64,000 bases of DNA from Balanoglossus misakiensis (Eukaryota > Animalia > Hemichordata): NCBI GenBank assembly GCA_040954595.2, contig CM082590.2, forward strand, positions 4,712,001 to 4,776,000. The letters are read 5' to 3'. Shown piece after piece: positions 42,566 to 55,140 of this stretch. The notes under the pieces are model-generated. The model did no database searches, was not told the origin of the DNA, and saw only the letters and a list, made by a program, of their open reading frames with translations. The stretch's first letter is position 1. The number at the start of each line of letters is the position of its first letter. A program made the position numbers and the translations under genes.

Positions 42566-44995
42566 TTGAACTTTATGCAAATGTGCAATTCAGATCATTG
42601 ACTCAGAACAGCAGCTCACATTGTAAAATATTGGAAAATGCTTCACAAATCATCATTGATAATCATGATCACACCGAAAAAAGATTAGATAGCGCAATTT
42701 TATTCCTACACTTTACATGGGGTGTAGTTGCAGTGCAGTGTACAGACTAAAACTGCAATGGAATTCTCTGCAATTCTTACTCTCAATCTTGCCTAACTTT
42801 ATGAATATTTTGTATACTAGCATGATTGTCATAATGGCAACAGAAAAAATGTCCCTCTCATTATCAAAAGGCCCTTATAGTGGAGACCACCGGCAAAAAT
42901 GACCTCAAATCTCTGATCCTAGATTCACCACTGCACAAACAATATCACCAGAATTGTACAATGTCTTACTTCAATCACCATAAGGAATATGCCTAGAAAA
43001 ATTCAAAGCAATCTGACAAACGGTTTCATAGAAAACAATTTTTTGCGCAAAATCCCCCAAAATTGTCCCAAGAACACAAATATGGAAATTTCACCAACAA
43101 GGTATGTACGACAGCTTACTTTGGTTATCCCTAGGAACATGCCTACCAAAATCCTAATGATTCTGGACAAGAGGTTTCAGAGAAATGATTTTTTACCAAA
43201 AATCATAAAAATTACCCAAAAATTACAAATATGCAAATTATGCAACAAACTGGAAAAAATGACTTAGATTACCTATTGGAAGCTTCATAATAAATTTTAA
43301 AGCAATCAACCCATGATTGTTTACAGTCTATAATATAAAAAAAAGACTAAAATCTTCATAAAAATAGAAAATTCATGATATTAACTAAAAACTTTGAGGA
43401 CTGTGTGAGGTTCAGTGGTTGACATAAGATACATGCATACCAATTTTCAAAGCAATTTGCCCAATAGTTGTTGAGTTTCAGAGTTTTGACCAATTTCACA
43501 TTTTCAAGCTAATTTGCATATTTTTGAGAATGACAACTTCGTTTACATCAAGGTGATATGCCAAGTGGTTTCCAAGTTTTTTATTTGGAATGACATACAT
43601 ACCATGGGACCTAAACACAACGTTTCAGTCAACTTTATGAGCGTTGCTACTCTAGTGAAATTCAAGTTGTAATTGCTAGGATAGAAATTTGTCTAGTCAT
43701 GCTTTATATGGATAGTTTTGGTTAGCTATGGAACTACTGACTATTTGGCTTGTTGTATGAATACGACTATGAGTTAACATTCATACAAACTCGTTATTAT
43801 GACATAAAAAGCCTAAAAATGCATCTGAAACCCAATTTTTCGCTTACTATGAATATGTGTTATAAAATTGAATCCTTCGTCAATGCTGGCCGGGGTCACA
43901 AATTATGTCACGGCATGTTTTTTCGTAAGCACGATATTAAATTTAATTAAATAGGACCTAATGTACTCACTGAAACGTTCAAGTCGACCAACGATATTCC
44001 ATGCACACTGTGTAACATCTTCAGAGGGACTCCAGCATAAAATTTGGATTCAAACGCGCACACAAATCATAATATTCTCGTCAGAGAGATAAAGTCCGCC
44101 ATGACACCTTGTGACGCAATCGTGTAAAATTCCATTACGTTGGACAACTTCCACTGCATGCGCTAGAAATACACAAGAAACTTGAACTGTTCATGATAAA
44201 ACTTGCACCTGGACCCCTGGCGAATACTTGGAACCAGTATTTCAGGAATAATATTCCATTTTGAGGGCTTCGCGCTCCATTCAATCCGAGCGATGGAAGT
44301 CAGAAATTCAAATCGCCCCGCCATGACACCACGACTATACAGCGCCACCAACGCCACCTTTTGTTTTTGTCTCTTCACAGCTCCGAGTCAGCTGGCTCCA
44401 AGTACGAGTGTTCATTGCAAGCCGTGTAATATATAAGGCCAGATGGCCCAGACTGCTATGAAAGTTTCCCCGGGCAGTGTATCTAATACAGCGGATGTTA
44501 TATAGCGATTCCCTTTCGCTACAGTCACGGTGACGAGCAAAGCCATCCTTTCCTTTTAGCGTATAGCGCAGTCAGCGTGGGAATGGGCGGGGGAACAGAC
44601 CAGTACTGGAAAGTGAAACTGTAAAAGTAAAACGTCTTTTCATATTTTAATAGACGAACTCTGCAAAAGTTTTATTCCCAAACATGAATTTTGAGATATT
44701 TAAAACTTGTATTTGATAGCAATTTAGGCCTACACTGGCCTACAGAATCAACATTTTTTCACATCGAGTAGGCTCTGCAGTATCTGATGCGTAACATTAT
44801 GTACCGATCTTGCCGATTTTGGAGAGAAAATTGTCCCCAAATGGCAAATATTTCCCTCAGCCCATAATTGGTGGGATAAATTCGTAGAGTCTGGTCGGAA
44901 TGTCGGTTGATGAAGAGACGGGAACACGAGTAGAGTAGATTTAAACGCCAATGATAGGCCTATGACTTTATTTCAAAAAGGATCAACCGTGGATA

Positions 44996-45318
44996 CACAG
45001 GGGATCCTCCCTCTGCGATTTTGTTTGTTTGTTTGTTGTTGTTGATTTTTGGCATAATAAACAAATACATATTTCTTTGTTAATAAATATGGTTTGTTGA
45101 CATGTAAAGGTTAGGGTATATTCGACAGGTTAGGGTTAGTGTTTCGATTCACGGCCCCGGCCAACACTGACCCTAACCGTTGATAATACCCTAACACTTA
45201 CATGTCAACAAACCATATTTATTAATAAAGAAATATGTATTTGTTTATTATGCCAAAAATCATCATCAACAACAACAACAAACAAACAAACAAAATCGCG
45301 GAGGGAGAGTCCCCTGTG
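44996..45318. mobile_element. Foldback MITE, 7-bp TSD GTGGATA, copy C only
   Basis: CACAGGGG...CCCCTGTG with long inverted arms; single GTGGATA at ~3366 and ~21829. Confidence 0.92.
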
Positions 45319-45416
45319 GTGGATATACTGGACAAGGCCTGTAGTCCAGGCTGGACCCCACTCTGGAACGAACTCCTTTAGTGTAGAACAGGGTGTAGAA
45401 TGAACTGAAATGTGTT

Positions 45417-47969
45417 TTTTTTTTTTTTTTTTTATTATAATAATAATTTATTCAGTACCAATGGCCACCGGCCAAACTGTACAAAAATTCCAAGTATTAC
45501 AGGTTTTCGACGCTAGTACGGTATAAAAAATAGATGCACTGTCACAATTCTGGAAATGGAAATACAGAGCCATAATAAACTATACATGTATATTGTTCAA
45601 ATTATCATGTCTACGTTTTGTTGCATAGAATATGTATCTGCTGAGATTACGAACAGTTTCTACTTTCTCTGAAGAAAGAAGTAGTGTGAATTTATACATA
45701 ACAGGGGGGTTGTGAAAATAGTCTGGAATATATTTGACTCTCAAATCAGAGTACTTTGGACAAACTAACAAAAAATGGAATTCGTCTTCGACATATTTCA
45801 AAGAACACAAATCACACAGTCTGTCACGGCGTGGAATATTATTCCAACGTCCGGTCTCTACCTTTAAACAGTGAGCAGAAACTCTAAATTTGCATAGGGC
45901 TAGTCTGAATACAGGTTTCTCAATCTGTAACAAATATGGTTCTACACGGAGTTCTTTTTTAAAAGTTGAATAGGTTTCCAACCTTCTAGAGTGACTCAAA
46001 TTTTCAGTCCATGGCTGAACATCAATATCAACGCATCTTTGTTTGAAAGTCTTTAAAAACATAGCTTCATTTCCAACACCTTGGTTTTCCCATACTTCAC
46101 CAAAACCATAACTCTGTAGCAAAAAGCGTACATTTTTTGCCCAAAACTTATAACGTGTAACATCAATATTACAAAGCTGAAATTCATAGCATTTATATAC
46201 AATTCTATTTTTATCCATTTTCAAAATACGGAGCCAATATTTGATAATTTTACAATAAATATGCACCCTTAAGGTAACTCTACCTAATTCGCCTCTCATG
46301 GCTGCTACTGAAGTATTTTTATACAGTTTTAAAGCATAACGCATCATTTTGTTGTGAAGCTTCTCAATGTCATGAGCTGGGTGGAAGCCCCAGATTTCTG
46401 AACCATACAGTAAAATTGGAATAATTTTAGCATCAAACAATTTCCACACAATGTCCACTGGCAAAGTGCCAAATTTGTGTAAACAATTTGTGAGAGTATA
46501 AAGAGCTCTATTAGCTTGCTCACTGAGTGCTTTTTGAGCTTGGAACCATTGACCGGTCCAGGAAAAAACTACACCAAGATACCCATGAAATGAGGTTACT
46601 GATACCTGCTGACCATTATAAAACCATTTTTCATACTTTCTTAGTCCCCCACTCCTCCTGAAAACAATAACTTTAGTTTTATCCATATTTACTGTGAGTT
46701 TCCATTTACAACAATATTCATACATTTGGTTAAATAAACGTTGTAAACCTATCCTAGAATAACTCACAAGAGCTAGGTCATCAGCAAATAAAAGGTAGAT
46801 AATTTTTAAAATGCCAATTTGACAGCCAGAAAATTGGTAAGTACTACTCAATGTTTCACCAAGGTCATTTACAAACATATTGAATAAAAGAGGTGACAAA
46901 ACAGAGCCTTATTGTACACCACAACTACATTTGAAAAAGTTAGTTATACCTTTCTGAGTTCGCACACAGGCTTTAACATTTTGGTACATTGAAAAGATGA
47001 CATTGTATACTTTACTTCTAATTCCACATTTGAGTAACTTGTAAAAAAGACAGTAGTGGTCAATACGGTCAAATGCCTTCTCAAAATCAATAAAGGCAAT
47101 GTACACTCTCCCCTTTTGGTGTGCTAAATAGTTAGAAATAATTGTATAAAGTATAAATACATTGTCAGAAGTACAATAAAATTTGCGGAAGCCTGCCTGT
47201 TCATCAACAATTGGATGGTTTTCTTCAAGCCATCTGTGGAGTCTAAAATCAAGTATGCTGCAAAATATTTTACCCATTACCGGGACAGTGTGATACCTCT
47301 AAAATTTCCCGCACAATCATTAGCACCTTTCTTATGAATTGGAGCAATGACACCTGTTGCCCAAGCAGCAGGAAAGTTACCAGAATCCAATACAGCATTA
47401 AAAAGTTTACATAGCAATTCTATAACAATAGGTGGACACGCTTTGAATATGTCAGGTGTTACACCGTCAATCCAAGGTGCTTTGCCACATTTGAGTTTGT
47501 CAATACACACAACAATTTCATCAATAACAATAGGTGCATTTAAACTGTCCAAAGTGTACAGAATGTCATCACTGTTTTCTACATTATCAACAAAATTGGA
47601 AATACTCTCATAAAAAGTTTTAAATTCTTCACTTTCCAGACCTGGAGTATTAAGAAGTACACTGAAATAGTTGAACCAGTCATCACTTTGAATGTCTCCA
47701 GACGGGAGAGTTGATTTTTTTAAACTAATGGCCAAAATTTCTTAGAATTTGTCTGTTTCGATGAGTTCACCAAGTTTTCAAGGTTCTGGTGACGGAAACA
47801 CTTCTTTTTGTGATCAATGAACTCTCTATAATCTTTTTTACACTGTTTTAAGGTATTTAAATTACATACAGATCTATTGTTTCTGAAAGTATTAAGCCTG
47901 GAATGTACAGTACGCTTAAATCGCTTACAATCGCTATCATACCATGACTTTTCAATGGGTACAACAGTA
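45417..47969 (-). mobile_element. 5'-truncated, disrupted non-LTR retrotransposon (RTEX-like, tentative), copy C only
   Basis: RT motifs NFRGIT, EQAGFR, FIDFEKAFD, SPLLFN, LLFADD; C-terminal VETGR..RLC..C..EDEFHFLLVC; AATAAA-(TTA)n-polyA tail; 14-bp TSD AACTGAAATGTGTT (45403-45416/47970-47983); stop at 46909, frameshifts at ~47277 and ~47725. Confidence 0.92.
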
Positions 47970-48323
47970 AACTGAAATGTGTTGGAACCCCCTGACTTTA
48001 GGAGCTGAGATCCACTCCTTTGTATATGCTGTAAAAGACAATAAATTTTCGCGAAATACGCGAGAGCCAAAATAGCGTGAAAATAAAAAGTCGCGTAAAT
48101 TTTTTTGAAGATGACGATGCAGTGAATGAAATAAGAGAACGCGAATATTAAAACTCGGGAATTTGTGGGGCAGTTAACCAAAAAATTGTGCACTTTGGGT
48201 TAAAAGCATGAAACTTGGTACACTTATGCATTGACCCATGGCGGCCATTTTATGATATGGATCCAAAATGACAGCGCCCTCTTGTGGCCAGAAACTGACA
48301 TTGACACTTTCCCCCCCCATTAA

Positions 48324-48942
48324 AGGGGAAATCCGCTGTAGCTGATTTCTACATAATTTGGTAGCTTTGATGTCTCTCTTTCAGAATAAAACATATTCGC
48401 CATGTATAGGTCGCGCGATTTTTTACAAAATCTAGGGAAAGTTGGCAGAATTTCCAATATGGCGTTTACTGTAATTTGAATCATGGGAAAAAAAGCGCCA
48501 GGAGCAACTTCCGCCCACCATGGTGTGGGTGATACCATTCTCCGATTGGTGTCACTGGGCGACAGACTAGGCGTATTTTCATAGCTCTTGTTTGTTCTTT
48601 GCATCAGTTGATAAACAATCATCAGCAAAGTCGAAAATTTGTCATCTATTGACAGTTTTCATGAGCTATAACCCATGAAAAATATGCAAATACGCTTAGC
48701 TTGTGACACAGTGACACCAATCGGAAAATGGTATCACCCACACCAAGGTGGGTGGAAGTTGGTCCTGGCGCTTTTTTTCCCATGATTCAAATTACAGTAA
48801 ACGCCATATTGGACATTCTGCCAACTTTCCCTAGATTTTGTAAAAAATCGCGCGACCTATACATGGCGAATATGTTTTTTTCTGAAAGAGAGACATCAAA
48901 GCTACCAAATTATGTAGAAATCAGCTACAGCGGATTTCCCCT
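48324..48942. mobile_element. TTAA MITE with ~235-bp TIRs (Kolobok-like), absent from copy A
   Basis: TTAA|AGGGGAAATCCGCTGTAGC...GCTACAGCGGATTTCCCCT|TTAA. Confidence 0.9.
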
Positions 48943-48946
48943 TTAA

Positions 48947-49450
48947 AGGCACGTAAGCTGCAACTGGATAAAAAATAAATGTTTTAAATAATCTCATATA
49001 TGCTTTTAATTATATCTATTAAATGCTATTTCATGATAATATATCAAGCTCAACACTTATTTATGACAAAATGGCCAAAAATTAAAGAAAAACGAAAATT
49101 CCTGAAATTTTTAAAAAAGTGCAATATTGCAATGGAAAATGGAAATCTGATGTCTCAGTGGTGTACATTTACTTCCATGAGCTCAAGTGGATGAGATCAT
49201 GTTTTGTTTATGAAGTTTCACAACCGGAAATGCGACATTTTCATTGTTTCTTTCATTTTCCCACGGTGGCAGCCATAATCGCTTGCGGCAAAGCTTTATT
49301 ATTTATCTGCTTAAAACTTGCATATGCACTCATATTTAGGGTTTCTAATGCATGTGTATAGTTCACTGCCTTCATCTGCATGGACTAATGGTAGTGCAGT
49401 GTGAAACAAAAATTATGAAAATTATCCCAAAAGTTACAGCTTACGTGCCT
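48947..49450. mobile_element. Second TTAA MITE (Kolobok-like) abutting the first
   Basis: TTAA|AGGCACGTAAGCTG...CAGCTTACGTGCCT|TTAA; copy A has a single TTAA at ~3797. Confidence 0.88.
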
Positions 49451-49821
49451 TTAATGGCACTTTTTGGTCATTTGTAACACTCAGAAACAGGAATGTGGGT
49501 TGTAAAACATGCTTGCTACCATACATTCATGTGTATATTATCCTAATCCTGATATTATTAAAGTGTAAACATCTTCTGCATCTAAACGACCCGTTTTCAG
49601 AAATTCGAGTATGATACGATTATAACCAAATTTCTTCCAGGAATTCTGAGTTTAAATTTCAACACACTGTTTAGTAACATCCCATGGGAAATGAATCAGC
49701 ATTTAGGATAAACTATTTGCAAGCCACTGAAAAGACTGGAAAGACAGATGCGCCCTCATAGTTGTATTGAATGATTGATTTTCCTTTATCTAGTTTCCTT
49801 TTGTGTAAATTTTTTTGAGTG

Positions 49822-49979
49822 TGTAGTGTATCGACCTGAGGTCACATCAGGTCACCTCATTATATATGCAGAACACAATAAAGTTCTTGGGCCATGATGG
49901 CGGCCGTGTATAGATGTTAAATCATGTGTCTGTGTTTAATCCGATTCATCTAGACTAAATATCTAGTTGGAACAGTTCA
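49822..49979 (+). mobile_element. 158-bp putative solo LTR, absent from copy A
   Basis: TGT...TCA termini, TATA-like TTATATAT and AATAAA inside, 5-bp TSD GAGTG; single GAGTG at ~4627. Confidence 0.75.
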
Positions 49980-50036
49980 GAGTGTTCGTAATTTTCTGTT
50001 TGATGTTTATTTTTCCCTTTGGTGTTTTGCTTTTAA

Positions 50037-50221
50037 AGGTATACGGTCACCTATGGAAAATTAGCCATAGTTACCATGGCAAATAGAGATTCAGCCAATC
50101 ACTGATTTTCAGTGGGTGGCACAAGCGAAAAAAAAAGCGCCAACAAATGTTCTTTAGAACCCTCAAATACGCCATTTCAGCCATATATGGGCGTATGTAA
50201 ATTGGAGGTGACTGTATACCT
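50037..50221. mobile_element. 185-bp TTAA MITE, absent from copy A
   Basis: TTAA|AGGTATACGGTCACCT...AGGTGACTGTATACCT|TTAA; empty TTAA at ~4680. Confidence 0.9.
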
Positions 50222-50904
50222 TTAACTGTCACAGAGGTTATTAATAAAACATCACAGATGTTTCCTTATTTGCCTCGCTTTGAGTTCAAAATCATAATGG
50301 CTGTGCGAGGGCGCTAGACTTACGAAAAAGGGTGTACATTGTGCACCACTTTGCAGGTCCTAAGTTGGACTTGTCTGGTCGCCTGCCCCATTTCTGTAGC
50401 ATGGCTGCATTGTGTTACATGAAACGGGTCAGGTAAGGGAAAAACCATTCGATTTCAGGGGGGTTAAGGATTTGGGTATGTGATCCAGTTATTTTCACCC
50501 ACTGTATGTTTACATAATTTTTTTTATATTGCCAGACATACTATTTTTCTCAATGCATTGCAGAAGGTATACTCAGAAATCATTAAAAATTCAATTCAAT
50601 ATTTTTTTTCATTTGCCCCTCTGGGCAGTCTGCCGTGAAATACAAAATCTCAAATATGAGTTATGATTTTTTGATGCCAAAAATGTATTTTGAAATTTTC
50701 CATGAATCTATCCAATGAACTACTAGGCGTAGGAATGTTTACAACGGATATAAAATGAATATTTCAGCATTAAAGTTTTAATAATATCTTCATCAATCAT
50801 ACCTTTTATTTGATAAAAGTAAAAAAAATACAAGATATTGGTATGACTTGTTTAATTAGCACCTTTTATGTTGTATATGTGTATGTACTGGTATGTGTAT
50901 TTTA

Positions 50905-51008
50905 TGTATGTATGTATGTATGTATGTATGTATGTATGTATGTATGTATGTATATATGCATGCACGTATGTACGTATGTATGTATGTATGTATGTATGTA
51001 TGTATGTA
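50905..51008. repeat. (TGTA)n microsatellite
   Basis: Direct reading. Confidence 0.95.
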
Positions 51009-51858
51009 CCAATCTATGTATAGAATAAAAACATTACACCTTCATGCTACAATTACTCAATAATCTTAACCCTTCGCATGGCTAAGATACGAAAATGGCG
51101 TCTATGCTCTACTTTGCACACATAACACTTTAATAAACAGCCAAAGACATTAAGTGCTGAGTGAAGAAGCAAAATTCTTCTGACTGTTGTTTCTTCATGT
51201 TGGAAAGAAGTTTCTCTATTTGAAATCCCTTATTTTCCGATCAAATTTTTCAAGATCATTTTTAGTTTGTTTAAATTGTGACAATTATACTTAAATATAA
51301 ATATTCTCAGAGTTTTGGTTAGAGTGATATTGTGAACATTTGGTGGACTTCCCATCACCTGTTATGAAGTGAAAGTAGAAAACATTAAAGTAGAATACTT
51401 TCCCTGTTAAAAAGTCTTTAATCATTTTCCCCATTGTTGATGAGTTGCCATCATGTGAACAGAACAGATTTTATGAAGAGAAGATTGAATAATGTACTTG
51501 TGCAAACATATTGTATGCGTATTGGACGACAAAATGCCTTGGAAAGCAATACCATTCTACGGACATTATTCTACACTCATTTCAGTATTTTCTTTAGAAA
51601 ACTGTCTTCCACTAGCAATTTTTCTGGTTAACATAAAAAAGTAATTAATTCCAAGAAATCTTTCATCTCTGATGAAAATCTGCCAAAATTAATGACCTAA
51701 CCAATCAACGCTAAAATAACTAAATATAGAATGTTAGCTATTGTGTTTATGAAATTTCTGAGTAGATATTTTGCAATAAAGGAAGCTTCCTTATGGACTT
51801 GCTAAGAATATTTTTTTGGTTCATTTGACAAGATATTGTCTTTACGAATGAGCTGTGA

Positions 51859-52185
51859 CCATTCTTGCATTCATGTCCATGTACGTCATGTGTCTGTAGA
51901 CATATTGTGATCAGACAAATTATTACAACTCTGGTATTCTGTTTACAATGTACTGACTTCAAGTAAAGTTGTTCACATTGACTTCATAAATGATCTGTGT
52001 CCATTCTTGCATTCATGTCCATGTACGTGATGTGTCTATAGACATATTGTGATCAGACAAATTATTACAACTCTGGTATTCTGTTTACAATGTACTTCAA
52101 GTAAAGTTGTTCACATTGACTTCATAAATGATCTGTGTCCATTCTTGCATTCATGTCCATGTGATGTGTCCATAGGCATATCGAG
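51859..52185. repeat. ~140-bp tandem repeat, ~2.3 units, just downstream of the ROCO stop codon
   Basis: CCATTCTTGCATTCATGTCCATGT at ~51859, 52001, 52139. Confidence 0.9.
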
Positions 52186-52278
52186 ACGAGGACAAATTAA
52201 ACTCCATTGTTTGCCCCAGAAATTATAATGGAGGCAAATTTGCATAGAAATAATTGTTATGCCCATGATGTTATCTGT

Positions 52279-53655
52279 TCATTTCGTTTGTGTTTTCGCA
52301 ATTTCTTCGAACATCTCTTCAATCAACGCTACCATGTCGTCTCTTCCCATGGTCTTGAAAATTGCCAACAGATTCTCAAAGTTGCTTTCATAGAGGGGTT
52401 CCTCTACACGTGGATACTTCTGTCTTGCTGTTTTCTGAGCCTTTGCTTCTTCACTTGAATCTTGCGGGGGTGACGATGTTGATGACAGTGACATTTTTGC
52501 CATACGACCTTTGCTGGCATCGATGTCATGTGACATGGCTTTGGCACCTGCAGCTGTAGTTGTGTCTTTTCCACTTTGATGTTGTTTCCTCTCAGCACAT
52601 ATACGACACCACTCTTTGAAGAGGTACTCTGTAACTGGTCTGCCTGCCCGACCTGCAATCTCTTCAAATCCCATGGTATCCTGGCACTTAATGCCCATCA
52701 AATCTGCCATGCGGCCATAGCTCGGAGAAGGATAACGTTGAATGTCCATTCTCCTTGTCAGTTTTCTTCTGGTTTCTTCAAGCATCCATTTGATATCACA
52801 GCGTTTCCACTTCCTTTGTAAGATCGTTGTGTCATGACCTTGACAAAGCAGGTCACAAACATCTTCTGCTTTACCAACTTTTTGGTTGTACACTTTCTTT
52901 CCCATGTCTTCTGCACGTAGCACGTCATCGAGAGTGTAAAACTCTACTTTTTCCATGTTGCTGTGGTTTGCAAGAGAATCTGCACTCAGGATAAGCTGAT
53001 TCATCCTGTTGCCTGGACATGCGATCGAGAAGACATCCTGTATGTCTTTGGAAACCATCTCAAGAAGCTTGTAGCCCTCACCAATCAACTTCTTGTCTTC
53101 AACTCGTACACAGACATTGACTGCCCTTCTGCCATTGGTCATAAAGACAAGACCTTCAACATCATGGCACACTTTGATACCATTTCTCCATAAGCCACTG
53201 GGCGGCTGGCCAAGCTCTGTGAAATGCTTATATAGACGGGTCTGTAATCTTGGGAAAAAGCCTGCCGTAAAGGAATCTGTTTCATCGTGGCATTCAAAAC
53301 GTCTTCCAAGGTAGATGGTCTTCATTCGGCTCACCTCCCATTGACCTTCAGGCATATCGTCGTCTTGAAGCCCTGGTATGACGAATAGTTTCTCTCCAGT
53401 CTCTGTGATATCATGTGCTTGACAGAGAAGCTCAAAATCCTCTAGAAGGTCGACGATCAGTTGGCTGTTAACACCTTCACCAAGTACATCTTCTATCTTG
53501 TCCATTGACTGAAAACAATCTCTCTTGAACCTGGAACTGAATTGTGCAAATAAAGGGGTAGCCAACATTGGTCCAAACATCCTGTAACACAACCAGTTTG
53601 GATCCAATACCACGACATCTTTTCTTTCTAGAGATGACTTCTTCACAAACAAAAG
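52279..53655 (-). CDS. Terminal exon: COR domain plus death-like domain, TGA stop
   Basis: cag|LLFVKK...VVLDPNWLC...FTAGFFPRLQTRL...LWRNGI...RRKLTRRMD...YGRMADLMGI...LLAIFKTMGRDDMVALIEE*; 459 uninterrupted codons. Confidence 0.93.
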   Translation of the reverse strand, partial: LLFVKKSSLERKDVVVLDPNWLCYRMFGPMLATPLFAQFSSRFKRDCFQSMDKIEDVLGEGVNSQLIVDLLEDFELLCQAHDITETGEKLFVIPGLQDDDMPEGQWEVSRMKTIYLGRRFECHDETDSFTAGFFPRLQTRLYKHFTELGQPPSGLWRNGIKVCHDVEGLVFMTNGRRAVNVCVRVEDKKLIGEGYKLLEMVSKDIQDVFSIACPGNRMNQLILSADSLANHSNMEKVEFYTLDDVLRAEDMGKKVYNQKVGKAEDVCDLLCQGHDTTILQRKWKRCDIKWMLEETRRKLTRRMDIQRYPSPSYGRMADLMGIKCQDTMGFEEIAGRAGRPVTEYLFKEWCRICAERKQHQSGKDTTTAAGAKAMSHDIDASKGRMAKMSLSSTSSPPQDSSEEAKAQKTARQKYPRVEEPLYESNFENLLAIFKTMGRDDMVALIEEMFEEIAKTQTK

Positions 53656-55108
53656 CTGTAAACAAGAAAAATAATGTGAAAAATTGTTATGGAAGGAACA
53701 ATCTGTAACTCTTTTACACATCAACTGCATTAAACGCTGATAAATTCATTTTGTCAAATTTGATGTATCGCATACACTCATCCCAGAATTTGTACAAACA
53801 GAGAATGGATGAGCAACATGATGTTTCTTGTTACTGACCTCTCCTATGTCATGCAGATAGTTGGTGGCTTTTCGTAAGAAACTTTCGTCAATCGTGGGGT
53901 AAATTTCTTTGATTTTCGCCACATATTTTGTCCAATAAAGAGCTGGGAAGTCATCATATAATTCCCTCTTCTTTTCCATTATCTTGGCACACACGCTTGG
54001 AAGCATTTTCACTTTCTAAGAATAAAAATAAATTGATAACATGAAATAATTGGAAGTACCCAAACATTATATTCAGTCAATTTAGGGACTGTGTCACTAA
54101 AAAGAAATATTAAATAAAACCATGAATGACCATGCAAGTCTAATAAGTGACACATAAAACAAAGCATAGAATTTTATTTATCCAATGAAAATTTATGTTG
54201 AAAATATCTGTAGTATACATGGGGGCAGGGGATCAAAAAAGTATCTTTGTAAATCAAGTATCATTTTGACAAGATTTTCATTTGCTTTAAATTCAAATTC
54301 TGATTTTCAGTGGAACTGACCTATCTTGTTTCAACATTTTCATCATTGGTAATTTGGTAAAAAGCATCTCACAACAATGCATTCCAGCTAACATTTTTTT
54401 TGTTTGTAATTACTGAAAATGTTACTTTTGCCAGAAATTCTAATATCAACTAATACTTGTACAACATGATGAGGATGTAATGTTTTACACTTTCAGATAT
54501 ATATTCTTCATGAATCTTGTAGTTGTACACCAATACTGCAGTGCTCTAGTGTATCTGTGCTGATAAAACTTAACAATTCAAAGGCAAATGACTACAGCGA
54601 AATATTGTTACCTTTTTCTGATTTAAACAATCACGGAGTTTCTTCATTTCACTGTCTGTAGAATTACGGCAATTCAACGGAAATATGTCGCTCACTATGT
54701 CTAAATAATCTTGAAACATAGTCTGGGCTTTTGTCAGAACTTCCTTCAGCAAATGACGAGCTGTAAATTATAAAGAGATGACAATATTAATAGCCAGATA
54801 ACTCCATATGAAGAAACTATGGCAAAAAAAGTTCTGCTGTAAACCTCTCTCTCTATTGGGCATAAAATAGTCAGGCCCCAGTTCCCTGTTTATACGTCCA
54901 ACCTTACCATAGAAAACAATTGGTTTGGACTGAATCATGGTGGTGAAATGGTGAAATGTTTTTTATGATTATTTCCAAACTGTGATTTGTGAATCAACTA
55001 ACTATGTTCCACTCAAGTAAATATATTGAAATGCTAAGTATTCAGTTGCTGACTGCGTGGTGAGATGAAACAAACAAACAAACAAACAAACAAACAAACA
55101 AACAAACA

Positions 55109-55140
<32 letters not shown>

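Larger units (their letters stand above)
41116..50580. repeat. Tandem segmental duplication, copy C (equivalent to A 1-~4995, enlarged by TE insertions)
   Basis: Homology to copy A ends at TTGCAGAAGGTATACTCAGAAAT (~50580), followed by unique sequence. Confidence 0.95.

Noticed and set aside
45120-45200. TTAGGG/CCCTAA telomere-like hexamers
   Set aside because: Only isolated units inside a foldback MITE, not a telomeric array.
48320-48946. Mirror-image ORFs of 102 and 72 aa
   Set aside because: Produced by the long TIRs of a MITE; no transposase motifs.
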